A model generated the notes under the pieces. That model had not been told where the DNA came from. It searched no databases and worked only from the letters and a program-made list of their open reading frames with translations. This document shows, piece after piece, positions 23,787 through 35,522 of a stretch of 54,996 nucleotides of DNA. The position numbers were made by a program, and so were the translations under genes. The stretch is from Vitrella brassicaformis CCMP3155. Lineage: Eukaryota; Protista; Chromerida. The stretch is taken from NCBI GenBank assembly GCA_001179505.1, contig CDMY01000543.1:1-54996 (forward strand). The letters are read 5' to 3'. Numbering within the stretch: position 1 is the stretch's first letter; every line of letters starts with the position of its first letter.

Positions 23787-25463
23787 ATGGCGACGAATGC
23801 GCCGACCGGCACGCACACGCCCAATGAGCGGTCGGTGGTCGTATCCGGCAAGAAGATCCCGCCTCCCACACGCACGGACATCTTCACCGACGCCGTACAG
23901 GCCTTGTCTGGCAAAAGCGCTGCTTGCGGGGACAGACTCGTGCAGATCTTACGTGCCTGGGACACCGATGGAAACGGTGAGGACGATGAGGACGATGGCT
24001 GTGTGACGTGACGCAGGGGAATGTGTGTGCTGTATATGCAGGGAAGTTCGATGTGGCTGAGGTCATTCGAGCTGCGCAGCACATCGAGTCTGAGCAGCGG
24101 AAGAGCAAAGGCCTCAGGTGGCTCATCGCTGCCATGTGCGTCATGTACCTCATCACAATCGGTATGCAGCCGCCCATCCACCCACACCTGAGCACGCCAC
24201 AGACACAGCCCAGCCCACACAAGAGTAAAACAAACATCTGCCGTCGATCTGTTCCCATCCCATATGCTCCTCAGTGATCTTCTTTGCGGTTGCGTACGGC
24301 GCCAACGAAGTATCAGAGGACTTCCGTATCGACAAGAACACTGCCGACCTGGGCACCAAGAGAAGGCCCCGCAACACCGTCCTCACCAAGCAGACATTCG
24401 ACGGCGTGGACATGTTCGATTTTCTCACAGAGGACCTGGAAGACCTGGTGAGGAGTGCGTGGGGTGAATGATGGCACACGCTTCAAATGATGGATGCCAC
24501 GCCAGCCCGATCATCCTCTCGGCTGTCTGTCTGTCTGTCTGTCTGTCTCTTGTGGGTGGCTGCATGCAGTACAAGGTGGAGAGCCTGTACCTTAACTACA
24601 CTGCGGGCGAGGGACAAACCGTCGAGAAGTACTTCAGAATATCCGGTGGGTGAGGGGACAGGGGACAGGGCGGAGGGAGGGAGGGAGGGAGGTCGGCATC
24701 TTCTGCATGAGGGTTTTGTGGTGTCACTGTGTGAGTGTGCAGAGATTACCCGGAACAAGGCGACAGACCTTGTGGAGGTGAGTAGAAGCGAACAAAAGGC
24801 GTCCAGCGAATCGAATCCACAATCTGTCTGTCTGTCTGTCTGTCTGTGTATTCCTTCTTCCTTCGAACGAACCCGAAGGTGAAGTTCCTGACGGGATCTA
24901 AGCTGCAAATCATGTCCGAGGGCGCCAACCTGATCCTCGCCGGTGACAATGATACGCAGCCCGTGACCCTCTTCGAGGGGCCTAACTACACCTTCGACAC
25001 CAAACGACTCGTCTGGTAAGCCTTGTCTACCAAAAGACCCATCCATCCATCCACCGGCCGGTCTGTTGTGTGTGTGTGATGCCTGCCTGCCTGCCTGTCA
25101 GGGATGAGGATGGCGACGGTGTGCCTGACGACGAGAGCCGCATCGTGCAGGCCAACGCCACCAACGGCGATGTCAACGGCACCGACGGCAGCCGCAGGCG
25201 GCTGGCACCCACAAGATTCGGCAACCCAGGGAGAGGCAACATCTTCTTCAACAGGTCAGTCAGCTCTCGCCCACCCACCAGTAGCCCTCTTCTCTCCACG
25301 CCGCTTTGCCACACCTTGTGTGTGTGTGTGTGTATGTGCCTTCTTTGTTTGTGTCAGTGGTCGGCTCTACGGTCGTGGCATCAACGATCTGGGGGCGTCG
25401 CGGTTCAACGCATTGGCGGTGCGCGGCCGGTGTCTCGGCACACGGTTTGCCTGTAGAGGCTAG
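23787..25463 (+). CDS. Predicted type II membrane protein with an EF-hand-like loop and a C-terminal RRRL motif
   Basis: Small exons join in frame: WDTDGN|GKFDVAE (EF-hand-like), hydrophobic WLIAAMCVMYLITI|VIFFAVAYGA, lumenal region, then DGSRRRLAPTRFG...GRCLGTRFACRG*. Confidence 0.65.
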
Positions 25464-27080
25464 ATGAACACAGACATACACATACACATAGCTACACACT
25501 GACTGACCGACCAGCAGTGTACTTCTGAGAGGGAGGGAGACAACGGGGTACGCGTTTATATACCTGTATGTATGTATGTATGTATGTGTAAGTGCTCATA
25601 TCCATGTGTGGGCGTGGGCGAGACCGTTGCCCGTCGCTTCTTGATATCTGTCTGTCTCTCTGTCTGTCCGTGTGCACCTCCGCCTATCTCTGCCTGTATC
25701 GTGAGTGTGAAATGTGTGTGCCATGGAAAGGATCCATCCATGTGTTTATTGGGTATAGTAAGGGTGTGTGCGTGGGCGCAAACGCACCAGGCTGGCCACG
25801 AAGGTTTTCTGCTCGCCTGCCCGCCTGCTTTGCGTTGCTTTTGTGTGCAGCCGATATAGAGGCAGCCACACAGACAGACAGACAGACAGACACACAGACA
25901 GACAGACAGACAGACAGAAAGACAGAGCCACCGTCCTCTCTCTACGCTGACGATGACAGTCAGCGGCCTCTCTCTGTTGCCAGCCAGTTAATCGGAATAA
26001 GGAAATTGTCTTCCCTCAGTGGCCTCGATTCCCTTCCGTGGCTGCTTTGCACTTGCGTGTCCTACCTGCGGCGCAAGGTATCCGAGCAGCTTTGCCGCTG
26101 GCTCGGATGAGCTTGGGCCGCAGGCGGGGAACGCTGGTGTAAGGCGGTCTTCAGACGGTGATCGAAGCTCAGGGAGGGAGCGATATGGGCAAGAAACAGT
26201 TAGAGAGTTTGGTTTGGTTGGGATTGGTCGGGGTTGTCTGTGCGGCGGGGCCGTTCACATGATGGCATGCATGGTTGGCACCCAGTGACGTGGTGCAGGC
26301 CTGCATGGAGGCGGGCAGACCGACCAGACAGACAGACAGACAGCCAATACAGTGAGGCCTCTGACGGGTTTAGTGCGGCCACGCCCCATCGACCTCTCGT
26401 GCGTGTCTTTTTGCTTTCTTTCTTTCGATCCGCTTTATGTCGCTCTGCCGAATTGACGTCTGTCTGCCTGCGTGTGGATTGGATGGAGGTGCTGTGCACC
26501 CCGTGTGTGTGTGGTGGCGATCGCTGTAACGTATTGCTCTCTGCCCTTTTTCTGTCTGTGGGTCGGTGGTAGCATAGCGGTGTGTGTGCTGTCGGCTGTC
26601 TGCGAAGACATTCGATGGACGAATGAATGCACTCAATCAGCCTAAACGATGGCATATGTCATATAAATGTCATGTGGCAACGAACGAGTCGCAAACACAC
26701 ACACACACACACACACAGACACAGCGGGCAGGGGAAGGTGAGTCGTGAGTGGCGAGTGGTGAGTGTGGTGGGTGCGTTGGCACAGAGGGCCCTTATGTAA
26801 TTTGATACACACAATGAAGCACACGCAAGGCAGCTCCGATGGATGGATGAGTCATGCCGACCCGACGCGTCACAAACCTACAACCATCCGCACACACACA
26901 GACACGCACAGCATAGCACAGCACACGGTGCGGTGCACAGGCAGGGGGGGCAACAAGGAGGGGTATATGTACACGCCACCCTCCCACCTCACACAGCCCG
27001 GCCCGGCCCGCAACACACACACACACACACACACCGACCGTGAAGATGCACGCAGTCACCCCATCTGTCTGTCTGTCTGT

Positions 27081-29684
27081 CTACTGCTGCATGGTGTCAT
27101 TCTCTCCGCCACCATTATCCTGCTGCTCGCCCTCCTCCTCCCCCTGCCCCGCCCCCTCTCCCGCCCCCTCGTGCAGTGTGTCCATGTCGATGTCCTCATC
27201 GCTAACGAACGACTCGTCCATCTCGCCGCTGGCGTGGCCGGGACGGTAAAGGAAGAACACACCGTCGCGCGTGAACTGACCTGACACACACACACACACA
27301 CGCACAGATGGATGGACGGATGGATGGATGGCGGTGGCTGACCGTCCTGTACCTACCGGTGTTGCAGAATAGGGTGCCCTCGTACGTTGTCTGGAAGGGC
27401 GACGTCATGTCACCCAACAACACCTGCTCACATAACACGTCATGGTATGGGTGCAGTTGTTTCTTCCCACTGCCTGGCTCACCGACCGACCCACCAACCC
27501 ACTTACTGTGTGCGGCATTGGGTAGAGCGCGAGTGTGTAGTCAAAGTCCCAGACAACCGAGCGCACCTTCAAAGGCACCGGACACACGTGGCCGCTGTCA
27601 GCCAAGGTGCGCACCACCTGACCAGTATCACCATGCACAGCACACGAATCAGATGAGGTCGGTCGGGTTAGGTCGGGTGGTTCTTCCCTCCCCATATATC
27701 CGAGTGACTGACCTCCATGTGTCTGTCCTTGTCCTTGGCGCCGGGGTCGAGGTTGGCGAAGAGAGCGAAGCGGTGCAGCAGGCGGTGCAGGTTCTGGCGA
27801 AACACCACGATCTCGCGGTGGAAATGACGCACCCTGCAGGGCACACACACAGACACGCACACACACACAGAGGGTGGGTGGATCGATGTGATGTGCCCCT
27901 CTCTCTCCGACCTGACTGACCTGCAGGGGTTGGTGGCCATCTCGACGCTGTCAGGGAAATGCACTGCACAGACAGACAAACAGACACGGGGTGACCATGC
28001 CATCGATGGCATGGCCACACAGATCAGATCCCATCACACTCAACACGAACACTTGGTGTGTCTGTCTGTCTGTCTGTGTGTCGCTTACTTCTGAGGTAGT
28101 CGGTGAGGTACTCTGCCAAAGGCGGCCGGGGCAGCACATCGCAGCCCGGATCGCTGGGGCCAGGCACGATGATCCATCTCGTATCTGATTGATGCACACA
28201 CACACACACATACACACACAGACATGTGGCGGTTGGTGAGAGTCTGTGTGTGTGTGTGTGTCGTGCTCACTCACTCTCGGTGAGTTGTGGGAAGGCCTGC
28301 ATGAGTTCTCGCAGCTTCTCGAAGCCGCCACGATACGCTCGCACACACGCGGCCGTCTGTGTGGACACACACACACACACACATAGGGAAGATGCGTGTG
28401 TGTGTGTGGAAATGCTGACTCTGAAGAATGGTTGAGAGGAGAAGTTGCCCATGAGGATGAAGCCAGTGGGAATACCGCCACTAATCACGAAACCTGACAC
28501 GCTCACACACACACACGCAACACACACGTGTGATGCCTCCCTCGAGGCCGCAAGCCACCTACCCACCCCGCTCCACCTTTGCACAAGTTGTGGAGTCTGC
28601 AGAATGTCTCCTCTCTGTCCAGATGGACCTCGCTGCACACCACAAATATCCCCCGCATGTGCGCCGGGCACCGGGCGTCCAACTCACGCATCAACTCCTG
28701 GACGAACGATTGATTGGTCCAACCAACCAACCAACCAACACACACACACACATTCACAGACGCGATACACGAGCATTTCAGCTGCTCTCTTCGCTTCGCA
28801 CCCTGTCCGCTTTGGACACTTTTGCGCCGAACAGGTTGGGCTCGCGTGGACAGTTGGCACAGCTCTCTGCGTCGCATGCACACACACATACAAACAATAC
28901 ATGAGGCCGAGATGGCGTAGTGTGGTGTGGTGTGGTGTGCGTCTTACCAGCCGGCGGGAGTGAGAGGGCACCCACATGCAGCACCTGGACGTTGGTTGAC
29001 ACGATCGTGTGTGGTGTTGATTGTGGGTGGCTGAGTGAGTCCCATGCACGCGCCCCCCCCCCCCCCCCNNNNNNNNNNNNNNNNNNNNNNNNNNNNNNNN
29101 NNNNNNNNNNNNNNNNNNNNNNNNNNNNNNNNNNNNNNNNNNNNNNNNNNNNNNNNNNNNNNNNNNNNNNNNNNNNNNNNNNNNNNNNNNNNNNNNNNNN
29201 NNNNNNNNNNNNNNNNNNNNNNNNNNNNNNNNNNNNNNNNNNNNNNNNNNNNNNNNNNNNNNNNNNNNNNNNNNNNNNNNNNNNNNNNNNNNNNNNNNNN
29301 NNNNNNNNNNNNNNNNNNNNNNNNNNNNNNNNNNNNNNNNNNNNNNNNNNNNNNNNNNNNNNNNNNNNCCCCCCCCCCCCCCCCCTCAGCCCACCCACTA
29401 CACTCACCCCGTTGTGGACTTCTCCTTCGGCCAGCACGAAGCTCTCCTCCATGATGTAGCCACCGATGCTGTGCGCCTGCGCACCACACACACGTTCACA
29501 CACACGTCGTGGTGGATGGATGGATCTGGGCAGCTCGCTGTACCGTACCCTGTCTAGGTTGAGTGGAATGTTTCTGTGCGGGTCTTCAAGGAAGAAGCGG
29601 TCCTCCTCCAGACGAGTCAGAAAGCCATACGTCAACTTCCTGCCTGACGAACGAAACACAACACAACACAAGACACCACACACA

Positions 29685-29722
<38 letters not shown>

Positions 29723-30725
29723 TAAGGGCACACACAGCCCGCACGAAGGTCCCCCTTCTCAATTACCTGGGTTGCCCAGAAGTCCCTCTACTGGTGTGAG
29801 GACGAGCGACGGGTCTGCGCCGGACGCGCGGAGCAGCCCCCGCCTCTCCACCTCCATTGCGTCGCGGAACCGCTCGTCCCGTCCTAGCCGCTGCACATAG
29901 CATTCAAAGCAGCTCAGAGGAGTGTGTGTGTGCAGGTGTGCCTGTGTCTGTGTCTGTTGGCCTGACTGACGTATTTGATGAGGTTATATCTGTCCCGGAA
30001 GAGCTGGTTGCGATTGTCGGCGGCCGAACACAACGAGGGAGGCCGACGAGCCGGCACGAACGTCTGACAAACACACACACACACACACACACACAATGAT
30101 ATGAGCCAGCCAATTAGCTCCTCTCATGTGTCAGTCACCCTTGTGCCGCTGTCGAATTGGTGTTTGACTACATCTCTGTAGAGGTTGATGACGGCAAGGC
30201 AGTCCTTGGGCAGGTGGGCCGTCAGCTCGCGGAAGCTCCCGACGTCACTCGACCCCACACACTGCTGCAAAATCTCCCGCGCCACCGCCTCATCGATGGT
30301 CGAACTCTGCAGCCGACGCCGCTGCACATACGCCTGACATCCACACACACACACACACACACAGAGAGAGAGAGGTCCATGGACACAATCCCGCCATCCA
30401 CTTATTATATCATTTTTCTGACCTGCAGTTTCTCGATGAATCTCTGCAGCATCTGCTCCCTCTCCTCGTCAGTGGCGGCTCTCACCGCCGCGCAGATCTG
30501 ATTGGCCGCCTGCGGCCGCAACTGAAACCCCAGCTGCCCAATGGCCCGACATATGTCACGCTGCAGCTTCTGACGCCGCTCACGCTCATCCCTGCCCTCA
30601 CCGTCACCATCGCCATCAGCCGCTCGCTGGGACTGCTGCTGCTGCTGCTGGGGCGGTGGAGGGGCTTGTGAGCTCTGGTCGTTGAAGACGTCATCCAAGT
30701 CGGCGAAGGGGTCGTCCTCGTCCAT
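27081..30725 (-). CDS. POLE2: DNA polymerase epsilon subunit B (Dpb2), multi-exon, spanning the assembly gap
   Basis: Family motifs in order: GFLTRLEEDRFFLEDP, ESFVLAEG, FILMGNFSS, WIIVPGPSDPG..LPRPPL, ATNPC|R, LADSGHVCPVP....VWDFDYTLALYPMP. ATG 30725 (MDEDDPF), stop at 27081. Confidence 0.92.
29069..29368. other. Assembly gap of 300 N flanked by poly-C, inside a POLE2 intron
   Basis: Read directly. The flanking exons (AEGEVHNG | VLHVGALSLPP) join plausibly, so probably no exon is hidden. Confidence 0.97.
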
Positions 30726-30750
30726 GGCTGTGGGTGGATGGGTGTGTCGG

Positions 30751-31109
30751 TCAGCGCTGCTGGTTGCTGTTGGTGTTGCTCTTGAGCCTCTCCTCCCACA
30801 CCTTCCTGCTATCCTGGAGCTCCTTCTCAAGCGCAGCCTGCGCCTTCTGCTGCTGGGAGATGGAAATACACAAAAACACCACGGCAAATGAGCAAAATTT
30901 GGCCATTCCAACGGACTGATGGGCCATGCATGCCTCTCCTGCGTGCCAGAATGCGCCTATCCCATCCTCACCTCAATGTCGCACATCTTCTCTATGAGCT
31001 GCTCTACGGTCAGATCTCGCACCTCATGGCCATCGTCTTCGAGTTTCTTCACCAGTTGCCGGATCCTCTCGCTGAAGTGGCTCTGCGATGGCGCAGAGGG
31101 ACGCGGCAT
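30751..31109 (-). CDS. Small (~79 aa) predicted coiled-coil protein; exons 31109-30972 and 30852-30751
   Basis: MPRPSAPSQSHFSERIRQLVKKLEDDGHEVRDLTVEQLIEKMCDIE|QQKAQAALEKELQDSRKVWEERLKSNTNSNQQR*. The phase-0 GT-AG intron has a pyrimidine tract and codons are G/C-ending biased. An upstream exon is possible. Confidence 0.6.
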
Positions 31110-31381
31110 CCTGCCGAACAGATTCGAAATTTGCGAGCTTAGAAGATATCGAACTCATTGCAGCCACGTCCCTCCCGAGGCCACAGCGGCCTTCCAGGCC
31201 CTCAAAGCCGAGCACGACAAGACCCTCTCGTTCATCTCCGGCACTCTGGGGCTGCCCGGCTGCACAGAGAGACCACAGATAGCGATGTGTAGGTATCCAC
31301 TGGGTCCATCCAAGTCAGTGAGACCTGCTGCCTGCCTCCCTGCCTCCCTGCCTCCCTGCCTCCCTGCCTCCCTGCTGTCGT

Positions 31382-31412
<31 letters not shown>

Positions 31413-32172
31413 GGGGGCGGGGAGGGGGAGGACTGGTACATGTGTCGACAGTAGTTGTAGCGATTGTCTGTGACCATCGAGCGACCGCATGCTCGCACAT
31501 TTTGTTTTCATTAAGTGATCCATTGATGTTGGGGCGTCTCCTTGTCAGTATCTCCGTCCCGTCCCGTCCCTCCCATCATGTGCCATCCCATGTGTGTACC
31601 CGCCAGATGGACTTGTCCCCCCTTCCCCTCCCCTCCCCACCCCCACCCCCTCCCACATGCAATCGATCTCAGTCGAAAATCACTCACTCAAATCGTCACT
31701 TTCTCCTTCTCATCATCTCCTCACACTAACTAATGTACACGGAGTAGCATGCCAGTCACACAGATCATTTCAGAGCTCGGTGAGGCTCGGGTGAACGTGC
31801 ACTCTACTACAAATAACGAACGACTGACACAACACACACCGACGGGTGCTGAGAGTGCCGCCCACACACCCCAGACAAACCACCCACCGACCAGTCAGTC
31901 CACGACACGAATATGTCATGAAAAACATGATGTGCATTGAAGAAACATGAGAGGGGGGGAGGGGTGGGGGACATTCATCAAACTACTCGCCCAACCAACA
32001 ACAGCCAGACACACACACAGGGAGCCATAAGACGAACCACAGGCAAGCAGAGACGAGCTACTTATATTGATGGAACGTGCACAGCAGATCAGATCAGATC
32101 AGTTGGACCTCAGACGTCATGTGGCTAGTCTCGCTCCGCTTCCTGACTGACATCGACAGGCTACACAACACA

Positions 32173-32699
32173 CTAATAGCAGGTGCAGGTACAGGGGTGG
32201 TAGAGGGTGTGACGACCCTCGTGGTGGTGATGGTCACATGAACAGTCACAGCCCATCGCCCAGAAGGTTTTTTTGCCCCCGTGTCCGTAATGACACATGC
32301 ACGGACAGTTGTAGGTGCGCATGCCACCGTGGGTGCCATATCCCGGCAACCCCCCATCGCACCAACAATCACAGTCCTCTTCATGGGCGTGGTAGTTACT
32401 GGGTGGCGGGGGGACGTGGTGTTCGTCGGGGCCTAGAGCCCTCAGGTCAGGATTGTCGTCACCCACCTGCACGCACACACAATGACACAAGGGAGACAAC
32501 AGGGGAGAGACAGGTTGACACACACATGCATATGCGCAGACACAGAGCAGCAGCTCAGGCAGGTGGTCATCCATTTCATTACCTTCGACGGATCAGTGAC
32601 GGCTGTGGCCTCTTGAGGACTCAGCTTGCGCAGGGGTGTCGGGTCGCACACAGCACCGGCCACCAGGAGGGCACCAACAAGGCACAGAAGCACCTTCAT
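32173..32699 (-). CDS. Small secreted His/Cys-rich protein (136 aa) with four CxCxC motifs; exons 32699-32583 and 32466-32173
   Basis: Signal-peptide-like MKVLLCLVGALLVAGAVC, phase-0 GT-AG intron, then CDCWC, CPCMC, CDCSC and CTCTC-Y-stop. Confidence 0.8.
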
Positions 32700-33107
32700 C
32701 GCGGGAGAACAAGACGGAGTTCGGAAGGGGTTGACACACAGATGCAGCACTGCGGTAATGTCGACAGATGGTTGACGATTCAAGCAGCCAAGGGGTCTGA
32801 GTCTCGAGGGGAAGTAGCTGGGTCAGAGTTAAAGCACAAGTGTAGCGCTGCAGATGCCTACAGATGATTCAGGAGATGAGATGATGTAAGGAGGATCCAG
32901 GATGGAGGGAGGGATAGCTGCGCTATCTCCAGAAGACAGCTCTCCCTATCCAGCCGCTCTCGGCACATTCCAATTCGCATTCCGGGAACACTCCAAAACC
33001 GCACCCGTCCTCTGTGGTGGACTAGGGTCGAGGGCGTATAACCGCGGTTTCAGGGAGCACCCTAGGCGGCCTGGCGGGTGGAGAGAGAGGTTTGGTTGAA
33101 ACGGACT

Positions 33108-34553
33108 ATGGGAGGGGACGGCGATGGCCACCCTGATGGGGAGCCGAAGCGAAAGGAGAAGTTGGAAGGCTTCGCGTTCTGGGAGTCCATCGGACGCCCA
33201 AAGTTCGTCCTCGCGCCTATGGTGGACCAGTCCGAGCTGGCCTTCAGGCAAGATGGAAGAGATAGAACGCTCCTCGACCAAATGTTGCCTGCCATTTTCG
33301 CCGTTCCCCTCCCGGCTGCGTGTGTGCTGTCCCCCCAGGATGATGACGCGGAAGCATGGCGTCAACCTGACGTACACGCCCATGCTGCATTCACGGTAGG
33401 TGAGGCGCAAGAGCGCAAGACAAGGCAGATGGACGCACTCGATGCACTCGACACAGGTGATCTGATTGATGTATGTGCCTTCTTGTCTGCTCTCACTTCC
33501 AGGTTGTTTGTGGAGAACCCTAAGAAATACAAAAAGGAGAACTATGAGAGCGACCCGGCCGACAAGCCGTGCTTCGTGCAGTTCTGCGGTGACGACCCTG
33601 AGACCCTGCTGGCGGCGGCCAAGATGGCTGAGAAGGACTTCGACGCTGTCGACATCAACCTCGGCTGCCCGCAGAACATCGCCAAGAGAGGACACTACGG
33701 CGCCTTCCTCCTGGAGGAGAATGACCTTCTCAGGTAGATGAGCATCCGGTGGGTGGTTGGCATCTGGTGCTCCCGTTCGTGTCTGCCGTGATGCAGACGC
33801 ATTGTGTCGACGCTGCACGACGGCCTGAGCTGCCCCGTGACGTGCAAGATCCGCAAAGTCAACAGCCACAACTTCCAGGACACCCTCAACCTCGCATACG
33901 ACCTGCAGGCCGCCGGCTGCTCCGTCATCTGCCTCCACGGGCGCACCAAGGAGGAGAAGGGCCACCACACCCGCATCGCAGACTGGGAGGCCATCAAGAT
34001 CCTCAAGGGCCGCATGGACATACCCGTGATCGCCAACGGGGGAGTGGAGACCTACGATGACGCCATCAAGTGCCTGGAACAGACTGGGTGGGCAGGCACA
34101 GAACAGGCAGACGCAGAGACTCATTCATCGATGTGTCTGATGGGGTGGGGTGTGTGTGTGTGTGTGTTGTTGTTGTCAGGGTTGACGCGATTATGTCAGC
34201 TGAGGGTCTGTTGGAGAACCCTGCCCTCTTCTCGGGCAACACAGTGAGTGTGGATGACCTGGCGGCCGAGTACATCACATTCGCCGAAAAGTGAGCGAGC
34301 TGCTGGCGTGATGGAGACAGACACACGGCCGTCACCGACCCTCTGACTGACCGGCTACTGTCTGTCTGTGTCCCTCCCTCTGTATGTTGCAATATATATA
34401 TGTCAGGTATCCGCCGGTGCAGAAGGGTGCGGTCAAGAGCCACCTCTTCCGTATGCTGCACCCCAAGCTGCAGGTCCACACCGACCTCAGAGCCAAACTC
34501 GGAAAGGTAGGTACACTCATCGACACGGCCGTGTCTGTCTGCATGGCCTCTCC

Positions 34554-34586
<33 letters not shown>

Positions 34587-35064
34587 TGTGTGTCGTCTGA
34601 TATCAGAGCCACTCTTTCGCCGAGTACAAGGCTGTGGCGGATGAGATGCGGTCGCGCACCATGGGGCCCCACCACAGCCAAACGGGCTGGTACCGCAGAT
34701 ACAGAAAGGTCAGTCCCTGAGACCACAAACACGACGCAGCCACTGCCAGACCCACCATGACACCCACCTGTTTGTCCCCCATTGCTTTCAGAACGAGCCA
34801 CCTCGGAGCGGCAGCAGGCCAACCGACCATTCAAGCGTCCCGGTGTCCCATGCGGGCGCCTCAGCTGCCGAGCAGCCACAAGGGAGAGCAGAGGCGACTG
34901 AGGAGGAGGAGGGTGGTGAGGAGGAGGAGGGTGGTGATGTGTCGACCGTTGAGAGGGAGAGCAAGCGGCGTTGTCCGGACCCCAACCCATGCCTCGCGCA
35001 ACGGGGAGAGGCATGGGCAGCGGAGGGAGGGGAGAGGGGAGGGGAGAGTGGAGGGAAGACCTGA
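33108..35064 (+). CDS. DUS1: tRNA-dihydrouridine synthase 1-like
   Basis: LAPMVDQSELAFR, YTPMLHSR, VQFCGDDP, DINLGCPQNIAKRGHYGAFL (catalytic Cys), TCKIR, LHGRT, ADWEAI, IPVIANGG, MSAEGLLENPALF. Acidic C-terminal tail. Confidence 0.95.
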
Positions 35065-35522
35065 GAGGTGTTTGGTGAATGTGTGTTATATATGGGGGTG
35101 CAATTGGGTATGGAATGGTTTTGTCGGACGGACGTGCTGTGATTGTGATGTGACGCAGTGAGTGCAGTGGTGGACGAGGGAGGCGTGGGATGGATGGATG
35201 TGGATATCAGCAATGTCATTGCATGTGATGTGATGTGATGTGATGTGATGTGTGGTGCGTGTGAGTGTGGATTGTCCTCAGGTGGACGGACGGCACTGTG
35301 AGGTGAGGGATGCTTGCAGGTGTGTATTTCGTGTCGTGTCGTGTCGTGTACGTCTTGTGAAGCGGTTAGACAGACCATCGCCCTTACTTCATCTATCTGC
35401 AGCGCTAGCATGCGCCGTTGAATGAAGTAGGTCAACAACCTTGAACACGCTCAGCCGACATTTCTGAGAGAGGTGGGGGCGTCTCATGATCGCACGGACG
35501 CTGAAAACGCTTTGCAGGCATA

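Noticed and set aside
25500-26900. Possible small-exon gene on the minus strand
   Set aside because: Candidate exons do not join into a consistent frame, and the region is dominated by microsatellites.
28778-29731. Long ORFs crossing the N gap
   Set aside because: Artefacts of translating N as X.
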